The translations under genes and the position numbers were made by a program. A stretch of DNA of 64,000 nucleotides, from assembly GCF_964194155.1 (NCBI RefSeq), contig NC_135879.1, forward strand, positions 76,694,001-76,758,000. Reading direction: 5' to 3'. Below, piece by piece: positions 1-12,744 of the stretch (the stretch's first letter is position 1; each line of letters starts with the position of its first letter). Under the pieces are notes generated by a model. It was not told the DNA's origin and did not search any database. It worked only from the letters and a program-made list of their open reading frames with translations. This stretch comes from Cetorhinus maximus (lineage: Eukaryota).

Positions 1-300
1 AATGTCCTGACAAATCGAATAAGGCAGCAAATAGGGCTTCAAACTAAAAATGATGGTGGAGGGTTCAGGTGAGGAGAAATCTAAAGAAAAATGTCAAAGT
101 CATAGGGCAACTTGGATAAAGATAAGCAGAGTGTGACAGAAGGGGACAAAAATTTAAGTGTAATAGTGCATCAGAGAGTAAAGTCAAATCAGGAAAAAAT
201 GGTAATAAGTTAAAATTGATGGCGCTTTATCTGAATGAGCAAAAGCACTCATAACAAGATAGATGAATTAATGGCACAAAATAAAAATGACTGGGTTTGA
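1..300 (+). mobile_element. CR1 LINE fragment (start of ORF2 endonuclease)
   Basis: Degenerate LMALYLN...NKIDELMAQ, the typical start of the CR1 APE domain. Confidence 0.65.
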
Positions 301-479
301 TCAAAGAGCCATTAGAAGTATGGCTGCTTGCTGAACTTGGACAGCCTATATATAGGTTGTGTCCCTGCAGGAACAAACATGTACTCCACATTGGAAACAA
401 AATAGAAATGTTCCCTGTGTGGATTTCTCCTTGTGCTTGGCGGAGACTCTCAAATCTGACCATGGTCTTCTACTCAGAT

Positions 480-1060
480 GAGACACCGGCGACTGGCGAA
501 CAGAATGTGCACTGCCGTAATTCGGAGGCCTATTCCGGTGCTGGTGCAATGCATATAATCTGCCGGTGGAGGGCGCACGACCGCACTGGGTAGTTCCGCT
601 GCTACACCTGGAGGGGGCGCGCTAGGCGATATTTGTAATACGGCAGGTCACAGGTCGGGGGTGTGGGGAAAAGAAGCGTCCAAAAACTGTCGTAAAATCG
701 TGGTTAAAATAATCTAATTGCAAACCTGATTGGAGGAGGGGAAAAAGCTGAGGATGAATCGGAATTTGAAACCTAACAGGCGATCTTGAGCTGTGCAATG
801 TAAAATAATTTTATATAATTATATTTTTATAATTATAAAGGCACGGGCATTTTTAAGCGACTCAGTAAGTGACTTAAGTTTTGGCTTTTGCTTCTTGCAG
901 TAGGGCTGAGCGCACGTGGCCGGAGGAGGAGTGCGTGCTCCGGGCAACGTTCTACATCTGGGCCAAGGTTCGGTGAGTGAATGGAGCCGCGCGCTGCTCA
1001 GTGACCAATGTAACAATTGCAGAGAAGTGACTGGAGCCGCGTTGTTCAGAGTGGTACCTA
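480..1060 (+). promoter_or_regulatory. GAR1: CpG-rich promoter region of GAR1 with probable non-coding 5' exon (901-972)
   Basis: Local CpG enrichment; CACGTG E-box at 913-918; acceptor-like TTTTGCTTCTTGCAG ending at 900; donor CG|GTGAGT at 973; the first coding exon starts with an acceptor (6473), so an upstream non-coding exon is required. Confidence 0.6.
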
Positions 1061-1339
1061 TACACTGGCTCTGTGTGAATTGAATCAAGAAAACCAAGGG
1101 TGGGTCTTGAGATATGAGGTCAGGAGACAAGGGATTACGTACAAATAACGACCGACAGGAAAAGACACACTAGTTTATTCAGCCATGTAGCTGCGATGCA
1201 TTGTGCATAATCATTCGTCTCCCCCCCCCCCCCCCCCCACCAAAGCCATGTAACCTGGCAGAGGTCTAAAACAAATGAAAACAGAGGCCAATTAGGGGAG
1301 GGAGCAAAAAGTCCTTTTCGGCCTCTTTTAGGCAATCAA

Positions 1340-3720
1340 AGCCTGTTCACATGGCCACTTTTGCGGTACCTACTTTTAGCAGGGGTTCATCTCCCCGCCC
1401 CGGCCAGAAACAGGTCCGAGTCTCCCCTGAAGAGATTAGGAAGCAGGACTGCAAAAGTAGAAGTTTGCGGATTACTCCTGGTGCCAGGCACAAGTGAGTA
1501 TAGAAATAGGAGGATGGAGGAGATGAATATGTGGCTAGAAAGATAATGCAGGAGGGTGGACTTTAGATTCCTGGACTTTGGGACCGGCACTGGGGGAGAT
1601 GGGACTTGTACAGGCCGGATGTAAGTAACATTCGTGCCACATAAGTGCCGGGCAATGACCATCTCCAACAAGTGAGAATCCAATCATTGTCCCTTGATGT
1701 TCAATGGCATTACCATCACTGAATCTCCCACTATCAACATCCTGGGGGCACCATTGACAAGAAACTGAACTGGACTTGCCATATAAATACTGTGACTACA
1801 AGAGCAGGTCAGAGGCTAGGAATCCTGCAGTGAATAACTTACCTCCTGACTCGCCAAAGCCTGTCCACCATCTACAAGGCACAAGTCAGGAATACTCCTC
1901 ACTTGCCTGGATGAGTGTAGCTCCCACAACATTTAAGAAGCTTGACACCGCCCAGGACAAAGCAGCCCGCTTGAATGGCACCTCATCCACAAACCCACAA
2001 ACGTTCACTCTCCCCACCACCGACGCACAGTAGCAGCAGTATGTACTATCTACAAGAGGCACTGCAGGAATTCACCAAGGGTCCTTAGACAACACCTGCC
2101 AAACCCACAACCACTACCAGCTAGAAGGACAAGGGCAGCAGATAGATGGGAACACCACCACCTAGAAGTTCCCGTCCAAGTCAATCACTATTGTGACCTG
2201 GAAATATATCATCGTTCCTTCACTGTCGCTGGGTCAAAATCCTGGAACTCCCTCCCTAACTGCACTGCGGGTGTACCCACACTACATGGACTGTAGCGGT
2301 TCAAGAAGGCAGCTCACCACCACCTTCTCAAGGGCAACTAGGGATGGGCAATAAATGCTGACCCAGCCAGCGAAGCCCACATCCCCGTGAATTAATTTTT
2401 AAAAAAGGCTGGGTGGGTTGCACATGAATGGTGCTGGGACCAATTTTTTTGGGCAGTTTGCTGATGTTATTGGGGAGGGTGTAAATAAATTGGAAGGGAG
2501 ATAGAAACCAGGAGGTAATACTAGAGAGGAAAAACAAGATGCACAAAGAATTGGGAGAGGCAGCTAGCACTAAAGTAAGAAATATTAGGAGGGGCCAGAG
2601 TAAGAGAGATTGCAATGAGGTCTAAATTAGGGTTAGAATGCATGTGTGAATGCATGATAATGTTGGTGAACTGCAGGCACAGGGAGCCACGTGAGAGTAT
2701 GATGATGTGGCAATAATGGAGACCTGGCTCAATAAAGGGCAGGACTGGGTAATGAATATTCCTGGATTCAATGTGTTCAAGGAAGATAGGGAATAAAGAA
2801 AGCAGGAGAGATTGTTTTAATTAAGGCAAATATTAGAGAGAGGATGCCCTGGAGGGGGGCAGGGGGCTGGGTTGTCAAAGGCAGAATCTATTTGGGTGGA
2901 GCTAAGAAACAGTGGCGGTAATATTACACTACCTTGTATTCTATAGGCCACCAACTAGTGGGAAAGATACGAAGGAATGCATTTGCAAGGAAATTGCAGA
3001 GAGGCGAAAAATTATAGAGCAGTTAAAATAGGGGGACTTACCCCTGTCTATATTAGGATAATTATATCATGTAAAGGGCAGGGAGGAAGAAGAGTTTCTA
3101 AAGTGTGTTCAGGAGGATTTTCTACATCTGTATGTTTCCAGTCCAATGAGGATTTTTGGTTTTGGTCCTGGGGAATGAGGTGGGCCAAGTGAATCTAGTG
3201 TCAGAGTGTGAACATTTAAGGGACAGTGAATCATAGCTAATCTAAACCTTATGATACTATGGACAAGGACAAAAAGCAATCCAGGGTAAAAATAATTTAT
3301 TAGGAGGAGAGCTTGATTTCAGTGGTGGGAGACCAAATCTGGCCCAGGTAAGTTGGAATCAAAGAGTGGCAGCCAAAACTGTAATGGAAGAAGGAAATAA
3401 TTCAGGTGCAGTTGCGCTACATTCCCACGAGGGGGGAAAGTTATCTTATAAAGCCAGAGCTCCCTGGATGACAAAAACATTAGGTGTGAGATAAAGAAGA
3501 AAAAGGAGGGTAGGTGTATGATAAGATGTCAGGTTGATGATATAAACGAGAGCCAGACTGAATATACAAAGTTCAGAGGGAAAGCGAAAACAGAAATCAG
3601 AAGCAACAAGAGAGAGTATGAAAAGAGACTGGCATTTAACATAAAAGGGAATAATCTAAAATTCATTAATAGACGTATATATTGCAAAAGAGTTGTGAAA
3701 GGAGGAGTAGGGCCAAAAAG
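1340..3720 (+). mobile_element. Decayed CR1 LINE (ORF1 esterase + ORF2 endonuclease) interrupted at about 1621-2402 by the 3' part of another CR1-type LINE
   Basis: GLLLVPGTSEYRNRRMEEMNMWLER (SGNH esterase-like); YRPP endonuclease motif near 2941; the insert encodes KLDTAQDKAARL and ends in GGGCAATAAATGCTG. Confidence 0.8.
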
Positions 3721-3730
3721 GTTTACACAT

Positions 3731-4185
3731 GGGCCTGAATTTTTTGGATGGCGGGGTCTCACTTCCCGCCATCCGAAGAGTTGACTCCAAATGTCCCGCA
3801 GCCATTTCATGCTTAAATGAGCATTAAGTGGCTGCAGGCGGAACTTCCGCTCCTCACTCGGGAGGAAGTCCTTCCTTAGAGAGCTGCTGGCCAATCTGAC
3901 AGTGACAGGGGGGTTGGGGGTGCAAAGGAGGCGATCGGGGTCTTGGGAGGGAGGGCGCCTGACTTCAGAAGGGCACTTCTGATGGAGGTGCCACACTTCC
4001 CGCCCGAGATGTAACTCTTTTTTGGGTGTCCTCGACAGAAGTTCAATCCTCCCGCCAGCCTAAAACTTGAGGCTGGGTGGGAACCGGCCTTAAGGGCCTC
4101 AATTAGGGCAAGGGTGGGCTTCCTGTCTGAGGCCTTACCCACCCCAGCATAAAATCACTGTGTGGTCGTGGCGGGTGGGAACGCA
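3731..4185. mobile_element. GC-rich Harbinger-type MITE fragment
   Basis: Starts CAT|GGGCCTGAATTTT, the same terminus as the other MITEs in the window. Confidence 0.6.
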
Positions 4186-4234
4186 GGGAGGTGGTGGCAT
4201 AGTGATGTTGTCACTGGACTAGTATTCCAGAGAC

Positions 4235-4332
4235 AAAAATAAAAATACCTGGAAAAACTCAGCAGGTCTGACAGCATCTGCGGAGAGGAATACAGTTAAC
4301 GTTTCGAGTCCGTATGACTCTTCAACAGAATG
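4235..4332 (-). mobile_element. 98-bp Penelope 3'-end derivative inserted in a SINE head
   Basis: Matches the 3' end of the element at 50582-53937; 15-bp TSD TAGTATTCCAGAGAC at 4220-4234 and 4333-4347. Confidence 0.85.
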
Positions 4333-5302
4333 TAGTATTCCAGAGACCCAGGGTAATGCTCTGGGGACCCGGCCAATCAGTTTAACCTTGGTGGTGGAAA
4401 AGCTTTTAGAAATGATAATCTGGGTCAAAATTAATAGTCAGTTGGACAAATGTGGATCGTTTAAGAAAAGCCGAATTTACAGATAGTTCCCCTAACAACC
4501 ACATCAAGATTATCAATGGAAATAATAAACGGCAACGATCCTAACACTGATCCCTGTGGAGCACGACTAATGATCAGTCTCCAGATCGAAATCCACCTAC
4601 AACAAAGTTCTTCCGAGAGCTTTCCAGCCAGTTCTCACTGAAGTGCAGAAGATTTTCATGAATACCTGAGGCTTTGATCATGTAGAGAAGCCCCTTGTAT
4701 GGTACTTTTATCAAGCTTTTTGGAAATTGAGGTAGACAATGTGGGTTTACATCAGCTACCATTTGGACTTCTTCAAACAATACAAATGTAGCAAGTTGTT
4801 TTCATCTGAAATGCATTCTCTGAAAGGGTGGTGGAAGCACATTTAATCCAATTCTCTTTTGAAGGGTATTGATACTTGAAAGGAAAATTTTGAAGGGCTA
4901 TGATAAAGGTAAGAAATTTGAGCTATCCAATTAGTCATTGGCATATAGATTACATCCAGAATATTCTGCCCGACCTATCTGTTTATTTTAACGTGCCTGA
5001 TTCTATTTGGATGGGGAAGAAACTGAAGTGGGTGAGTATCAAGATTAGCAGAGGCTGAAGGCATAATATAATTTCCCGAGGCCAGGGGCAAGAGATATGG
5101 TTTAAGAGCAGTGGTGGAGGCAGCTGAGCGTAATTTACTATAAATCCACAAGCTCCACAAGTGTGATGTTTGAGAATAGAGGAGATACAGAAAGATTTAA
5201 GAAAGTATCTGGTGGTGATGTCTCATCAGTTTTCCCCACTGCATTTCCTGAAACTAATCAAGTCATGTTTTGTTCCTATTGGACTGAAGACATACTGATT
5301 AG

Positions 5303-6137
5303 TGTCATGAAAATATAATTTTCATAATATTATTGTAATGGGTTTGGATTAGTTTCTCTGAGGTTGTCTGTGGGTTTTAATTGAATTGCAGACAGCTATT
5401 CTGGAGCTTTTGAGTTATCAAAAGAGAAGCTAGGTTTGAAATGCTAAATACGTAAATGTAGCTGAAGTTTTAGAATGTGAGGTGTAAAGAACGTTTGCAT
5501 TTTTAGATAAACCCGAGTAGTGAATTTCAAAGAGATGGTAAGGTGTTACGCCTAGCCGTAAGAGGCTAAGCCAAACAGTGTGTTTATTTCTCCCAAATGA
5601 AAGATATTATGGAAAAAGAAAAGTTGCAAAGACATATTGGAGCAATGGGATTTACATTAAAAAGGGAGAAATATGTATAAAGGAGCTGAGATGATGTGTA
5701 AGCAGAAGGCATTACAAGATCTAACAAGTGTGAAAAGCCTCCAGCCTCTATGTACCAAGCTGCTGTCTACTGGAACCGAAGCTAAGAAACTCAATGTGAA
5801 TATCCCTGTCCAGGGTATTGTGTGCTTTGTCTGGGCCTATTCAAATTTATCTTGTTTTACTGTTTAACGGAGGTGTCACTGGGAGCTAGATTAATTCGGA
5901 GATTTAGGAGTTGTTATAGCAGTAATTTGTAGACCTATATGTGCTTAAAAACCTTTCTCTTCTATTAAATGTTTAATTTAGTTTTGTAAAAAAACTAAGT
6001 TTTGGTGGGCTCATTACTACTGAATTCAAGGCACGTATCTCGAAATAAAAATACAAATTGAAAACAGTTGTGGCAGCTGCTTCAAGTTTCTCTGGGATTT
6101 GAGCAGCTCAGCATTTACCATCCGCTGTGCCATAACA
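5303..6137 (+). mobile_element. Solo LTR (Gypsy-like)
   Basis: TGT...ACA termini, 4-bp TSD TTAG on both sides, internal AATAAA near 6043. Confidence 0.8.
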
Positions 6138-6487
6138 TTAGTTAAGTCTTGAATGTGTTCTAAAATGCATTGCCAGTCTGACGACAAGTATTATCTTTAT
6201 CCCTGTCTGCCTCATAATTAAAATGGTCCATCTTTGCACTGTTGACCATCAAATGTAATTGCATTTCCTGACATTATGACCAACACAATATCCTGTTGGA
6301 ACAATAGCTCTGGCATTTGAAAGTGCAGAAATCAGGTGGATCTGCTTGCTTAGCAACCCATTTATGGTGAATTTTGAACGCTGGGGTTTTTTATTAACTG
6401 TATACTCTGTCACAGTCTTTCAGTGAAAGGAACTGATGCTCATATACCAACTAATCTTTTTTCTTTCTTTCAGAATTTTTGATTAAA

Positions 6488-6713
6488 ATGTCGTTCCGTG
6501 GAGGTAGGGGTGGAGGAGGTGGCGGCTTCAGTAGAGGAGGAAGAGGAGGTGGCGGCTTTGGTGGGGGAGGAAGAGGAGGAGGCGGCTACGGCGGAGGAGG
6601 AAGAGGAGGCGGCTTTGGTGGAGGGAGAGGAGGACGTGGTGGTGGATTTCGCGGGGGTGGGCGAGGAGGCTTCAATAGAGGATATGATCAGGGTCCTCCT
6701 GATTACGTAGTAG
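6488..6713 (+). CDS. GAR1: H/ACA RNP subunit 1, coding exon 1 (N-terminal GAR/RGG domain)
   Basis: MSFRGGRGGG...GFNRGYDQGPPDYVV; acceptor TTTCTTTCAG at 6473; donor G|GTAAG at 6714, phase 1. Confidence 0.96.
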
Positions 6714-7199
6714 GTAAGAACATTACAATGGTCTAAAATACCACTGTCCTAAATCAAAAGTTAATTGCAATTCAGATAAATATCTGAAATATTTCTGCAG
6801 CTCAGTCTTAGTCCACTTGGCATAAAGATTAAATTTTTCTGAGATTAATGAGGCAAACTGGCTAAAGAGGTTACCATCTATTTGGTGTTTATTGATTACA
6901 CAAATAACTTAAATGTTACAGCAGAAAGTTGCACAATGCTTCAGATCTCATGCTGTCTCTCTAGTAATAAAGCAGAGCTGAATTTTGGAGAGTATTTTTA
7001 TTGGTGGAGGGATTCTGGTTTTATCTCTCTTGTTGACTTCCTGAAACAAATAGTAATGACCAATTGTAACGCAGTGTGAAATAACCTACAATGCTGTAAG
7101 TGCCTTATTGCTAATACAGGTCTTGCTTTCTATAGCACATTGCCTGTATGTAGTGAGAGTTTTCCATCTGTGCTGTGCACCGTTGGTCACTTTCCACAC

Positions 7200-8300
7200 A
7201 GTGTTAATGAAGTGAGGTAGCACATGTAGGTGCATCGCCCGTGTGTGCCCAAAGGCATGTAATGTGTGATATCATGATGCCAGTGATCTGAACGAGTTGA
7301 TGAAACACCAGGATACCAAAATGGGTCAATGCAATAGTTGCAGTGGCAGTAGTTGCAATGCAACTTGCTCTGTATGTGAACAGGACAGGGAAAGGAGGAG
7401 GCAGAGAATTTCTGTAAGGATAAGGCACCCTCTTGAAGATCTTACCCATAAAGGATCTTCTGGGAGCTCCAGTCATTCTTATTAACGAGTCAGCAGCCTG
7501 GGGAGGCTACGATAGACATAGTGGGTAGTAATGGAGTTGTGCTACTTCCTTCACACCAACTTGAAACTTCAAAGCAGGGTGAGGATGCCCCTCCAGGTAG
7601 TCATGAAGTTCACTGTAACCCTTGCATTTTATTCCACGGATCCTTCAGGGTGAGACGGCAACATTAGTAAAGCATTGCAGCTTGTGAGAGCCTACATGCC
7701 CTGTTGAACACCTGAGATTCTTCCCCATAATGGCAGCAGTCTGAGCCTGCATGGCAGCAGCTAGGGGTCTTGTGACTATGCTGTGAGCTTCCACTGAAGA
7801 ACTGGCACATCGGAAGGCCTCTCTGCAGCGGAAGCTCAGATGGTGGTCATGAGTCCTTGGCAGTGCTGCAGTGATAGCAGAATTACCAGAATGAATCAGT
7901 CTGGCAGTGCTGATATGGAGGTGCCCATTACTTTCACGGTGGAAAGGATGGGCTCCAAGCTCTGCATGATTGCCTGTGCCATGTTGGAGCTGGACTGCTC
8001 CATGTTCCGACCTAGTGACTGGAGGCTATCTATCCGGTCAGACAATGCACCAAGCATCTCGCCATGCATTATCATCGTTTTTCTGCAGTCTGTTCTAATG
8101 AGGCCCTCATCTGAGTCCCCTGCAAGAGAATTTGTCTGCGAAATCACCGCCTGGGGAGTTTGCATGTGCACTGACCTATTCCCTTACCCTGGGGTGACCA
8201 CGAGTGGCCAACGACTTGCCACAGGCTGATCCCAACACTATGCTGGCCTCTAAGGTATGTACAGTGCTGGTATCTGAGCTGGTGGCTGAGTGTTGATTAG
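7200..8300. mobile_element. PIF/Harbinger relic (transposase fragment on +, accessory ORF fragment on -)
   Basis: About 7540-7650 encodes LHTNLKLQSRVRMPLQVVMKFTVTLAFYST (HARBI-like); minus ORF MHGEMLGALS resembles the ORF at 58050. Confidence 0.6.
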
Positions 8301-8551
8301 TTCCAGTCAGTTTCCAACATTCACAGTGCTTTAAGAATCATTTTAAGAAGACTTGTAGTAACATTGACATGGGGAGTCTGGGTGGTGCAGTGAGCCAGCA
8401 CAGTTCTTTCACCTCTGGTACTTTAACAAAAATAATGGGAGGAAAACATTTAATGCTGTGCAGTTCTGTATATCCTGGTTTCACGTTAATCTGATGTGAA
8501 GATTTAATGAAATTATACTTGTCTAACACTTCCTATTTTTTAAAAATACAG

Positions 8552-8706
8552 AATTAGGACATTTCATGCATCCCTGTGAAGATGAAATTGTTTGCAAGTG
8601 CACTTCAGAAGAAAATAAAGTCCCGTATTTCAATGCACCAGTTTACTTGGAAAACAAAGAACAGATTGGAAAAGTTGATGAAATATTTGGGCAGCTCAGA
8701 GATTTT
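8552..8706 (+). CDS. GAR1: GAR1 coding exon 2 (Gar1 core domain)
   Basis: [52 protein letters not shown]; ends at U12 donor GTATCCTTT. Confidence 0.96.
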
Positions 8707-10039
8707 GTATCCTTTTGGGAGTTGGTGTTGGGAAAGAACCTGAACCAATGTGACAGCTCTATAACATTGATTACAATATAACATTATAATATTGTATTGA
8801 AGGTATGTTACCAGCCAGCATTTTCTTTGACAGCTTTTGCTGCTGTCAGGGGTGCTGGTGGAATGAACCCATCATATTATCTGACTACACACAAGGTTGA
8901 ATGTGAGCATGGTTAATTTTTTTTACTCTGTTCATTTTCTTTAATGGCGAGAATCCTAAATGAAAAAAATATGGATGATGAAGCCGGGAAACACTTTCAC
9001 TTTGCCATCTTCTGTCAGCGACAGGTTCGCACAGGGTTAGCCATAGCTTCAAGAAAAATACCCCTTACTGCACTTGAGTTTGCATTTTGACTCCCGTAGT
9101 ATGCTTAGATTGTGTTGATATATGTGGTGAATTCTGGTATCAACCCTTTCCCACAATAAACCATATCTTGAGACCCTTCCTTCTCTACTCAGCCCAAACC
9201 CACCTCTCTTCAAACCACGACCCCAACCCGAACAACTAATTTCATCTAATACTTTTATAACCAGTAAAGGGAGAATCTGTAACATGGGTTTGGGGCTAGA
9301 TAGGAACCCATGTCTGAGAGTTAAAATCAACTCTTCCTCTATTCTCTTTTGCTTTCGAGTGCACTGTGGATAAACACTGTACCAGGATCTGCAATAGTTG
9401 TGGAAGATAAGATTTTATAGTCATTAATTTACATTTAAAGGAGTAAAGTGTTTCTCAATATTGATATGAAAAGTTTAACAGACATTTAAGAAATTTCAAT
9501 TATCTGGACAAAAAGCAATCATTAAAATTCGAAGTTTTCACAGAGTTGCAGAGTTACTGCAATTTGAATCCTTCATTTGTGCAGTCAAGCCTGTGCTCTC
9601 TGTCACTTTCATACACTCTCATATACATTTTAAATGTGAATGCCTCCATTTCCTTTTGTTTGTTCCTCTTTACCCTGGTCCCTTCTGGTTGGCTCTCATT
9701 TTGGCTGTGCTGTCTTAGGGCAGGTTGGGTGAGTAAATGTCAGATATCCCCACAGAATGTTAAGGATGATTTGTAAGGAGATGTATTCCTGGGCTGGCTT
9801 AGGGCAGATTGTTTGCAGGATGTGCATCTTGAGGAAGGGCACAGAGACTGATGAAAATTAAATACTTATGTGGTTCTGTTGATCTCTTCAGATCTAAAAT
9901 TTAAAATTTGCCGCATGCTCATTTATATTTAAACTACAGTACAGTTATTATGCAGTATATGACTTGAAGTAGTCTCTTATTTGGCTACAATTATGTATAA
10001 ATAATGCTATCTTAATTTTCCCTTAACTAAAATTAATAG
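8707..10039 (+). other. GAR1: U12-type (minor spliceosome) GT-AG intron of GAR1
   Basis: 5' site GTATCCTTTT; branch site CCTTAAC at 10021-10027, 10 nt before the AG at 10038-10039; no polypyrimidine tract; the junction restores RDF|YFSVKL. Confidence 0.93.
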
Positions 10040-10099
10040 TATTTTTCAGTTAAATTATCAGACAACATGAAAGCTACTTCCTTTAAGAAACTACAAAAG
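10040..10099 (+). CDS. GAR1: GAR1 coding exon 3
   Basis: YFSVKLSDNMKATSFKKLQK; donor AAG|GTGGGT. Confidence 0.93.
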
Positions 10100-10499
10100 G
10101 TGGGTTTTCTTGTGAAGATTAACTACTAAGGAAAATTTTGTAAGTTATTCTCCTTTGAAAATTATAAGAATATGGGGTGGAGGAGGGAAAGGCGAAGAGG
10201 GAATGGGGAATGTTGTATTGGCCCCTAAGATAAGGCCTCAGTTAACAGCTATTTCCCCAGCTCTGGTTGAATTTGTACCCAGCAAATTCTATACCGATAT
10301 TTGGAAGCTCCTGAAAATATGTGAACACTATATAAAAATTCTAACATGGGTAAGATAACAAATGTAAAAATGACCTTTTATTATTGGTCTCTCTTTTTCT
10401 TCCTTGGAGCACAATAAAAGCAACTTCTTAAGAAAGATGTATATTGATGTGAAGCAAGTTCCTTTCCGCGCACTTAGGTTGATTTTTCTTTTCCTGCAG

Positions 10500-10632
10500 T
10501 TTTATGTCGATCCAGCAAAACTACTACCTCTTCAGCGATTTTTGCCCCGGCCAGCTGGTGAAAAGGGCCGAGGAAGAGGAGGTCGTGGAGGAGGACGAGG
10601 GGGTCGAGGCGGTGGATTTGGAGGACGAGGCG
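10500..10632 (+). CDS. GAR1: GAR1 coding exon 4
   Basis: [31 protein letters not shown]...; TTCCTGCAG acceptor, G|GTAAG donor. Confidence 0.95.
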
Positions 10633-10769
10633 GTAAGAAGTATTCTATTGATTCAACATTTTCTGATACCAGCATTAGCACTAGTTGCCTTGGAAAGAGC
10701 AGTAGATTTGTTGTGCTGCACAAGGCAGGCAAAGGTTAGTGAAAGTGAGAGAAGTGCATCAGTGCAGGA

Positions 10770-12487
10770 GGCTACACTCCTGATAGCCAGTTGGTGAAGG
10801 AAAAGAAACAGAGCTAATCTTTACTTGGCATAGATTTATTTACAGAGTAAATCATTACACATATATACCTCGTAGCTTGACTCACCCAGTGTGTCTGTAA
10901 GTGTCTCTTTATACTCTTTTGAATTAAACAGTCAATAAAATAAACTAAAAGTAACTGAGTGACAGCCCCTTAAAGGGGCAGACTCTCTTTATACTCTTTT
11001 GAGTACAACATTAATTTAGTTTGTTAATTTGCCCATTTGCTAAAAGTGATAGCCCCTTAAAGGCTTACTGTAACAAAAGAGAGAAATTTTCAAGGAAACT
11101 TAACTAATTAAATTAAAACGTTGTTCCCAGGGCTGATGCGCTCCAGCTCCCACGGTGTCCACCGGTCACGAAAGGCCTCAAGCGTGCCAATCGACACCGT
11201 GTGCTCCGTCTCCAGGGACACCCAGCCACGAACATAGTCATGGAAGAGGGCAGACAGTGGGCCTGACAACCGCCTGCTGCCAGGCCCTATTGATGGCTAC
11301 CTTGGTGAGGCCCAGGAGCAGGCTTAGAAGGAGGTCCTCCTCCCTCCCTGCTCTTCTTCCTCACCGCCCCCCACCAGCACTACTCCCCCTACCACCACCC
11401 TTCGCATCAGGTGGCCAAAATCAGGAGTTGTGGGGCTGAAGTGCAGCCACAACTTTAAAAGGAAACTTAACAAATCAAATTAAAATAGTGTTTCCGGGGC
11501 CGCTGATGCACTCCAGCCACCGCGGTGCCCACCGGCTGCGGAAGGCCTCAACCGTGCTGGCAGATAGCACAGGGACACCTGGATGTGAATGTAGCCGCAG
11601 AAGAGGGGCTGGAAGACCCCCTCAACCGCCTGCTGCCTGGACCTGCTAATGGCTAGTTCGACCAGGCCCAGGAGCAGACTTACCAAGGAGGTCCTCCTCC
11701 CTTCTCACCCCAATCTGCACTGGGTGACCAAAGATCCGGAGCGTGGGGCTGAAGTGCAACCAAAATTTGAGGAGTATCCCCTTCAAATAGCCAAAAAGGG
11801 GCCGAAACATCTGGTACTCTATATAATCATGGACTACAACTCCCCGAGGCTGCAGAACTTACAGGTGAAGTGTTTCTTTATAGACTTTTTGAGAAACAAA
11901 AATCAATAAGTTAAACTAAAAAATCAGTAAATCAGAGGGGGTGACAGCCCCTGGTGGGGCACTGTAACTAAAACAAGAACGCGAATGGAAACTTACAAAA
12001 TTGAATCAAAATGTCATTTCTGGGGGTGATGATACACCCCAGCCATCGATCGCGATAGGCCTCTAGTGTACCGGCGGACACTGCGTGCTCCCTTTTCAGG
12101 GCCACCCAGCCGTGAACATCGCCACAGTAAAGGGGCAGACAGTCAGGCTGGACAACTTCCTCGACCGTCCGCTGCCTGGGCCTGTTGATGGCCATATTGG
12201 CCAGGCCCAGGAACAAGTTCATGAGGAGGTTGTCCTCCCTCTTCGCCCCTCTCTGCACCAGGTGACCAGAGATCTGGAGCGTGGGCCGGAAGTGCAACCA
12301 AAATTTGAGGATCAGCCCCTTCACATAGCCAAAAAGGGACCGAATCTTCTGTACTCTATATAAACATGGACCACGGACTCCCCAAGGCTGCAGAAAATAC
12401 AGATGAAGTGTTTCTTTATGCACTCAAGTAACTATCCAATCAATGCTGTCCACCTGTATATACTTAACTCAATGGATACAATTAACA
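10770..12487 (-). mobile_element. Solo LTR split by a tandem stack of Tx1-clade LINE 3' fragments (10913-12403)
   Basis: Minus strand reads TGTTAATTG..ATTGG..TATA-like..AATAAA; inserts encode LLLGLVELAISRSRQQAVEG and REHAVSAGTLEAYRDRW plus a degenerate CxxC..H zinc finger, typical of the Tx1 ORF2 C-terminus. Confidence 0.75.
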
Positions 12488-12744
12488 AAGGATGACTAAA
12501 ATGTACTAGTGTTTTGTTAATTGAATGACAAAATAAAGGTGATGCTAGAGTCGATACTTTCCCCCATATAGCATTTCAACCAATAGGAGCAAGTACAGTG
12601 ATGATGAAAGACTGCTAATGAGTCTCTCAAAGCAGTTAATGTTTGTGCCCAAGCATATAGAAACACCAAAATGAATGTTGGGAGCAAACTCTTTCGAGTT
12701 ATCAACAGTCACAGATTGCAACTCTTTCGAGTACAATCACAGTT

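Noticed and set aside
4190-4370. tRNA-like sequences (also 12760-12820, 23324-23380, 47160-47245)
   Set aside because: SINE heads with A/B boxes but no intact cloverleaf.
6498-6710. Poly-Glu ORF (MEVGVEEVAAS...), and similar ORFs at 10504-10797 and 10532-10732
   Set aside because: Alternative frames or antisense of the GGA/GGC-rich GAR1 RGG exons.
8965-9050. Possible C/D snoRNA in the GAR1 intron (ATGATGA)
   Set aside because: No properly placed D box or terminal stem recognised; a snoRNA scan would be needed.
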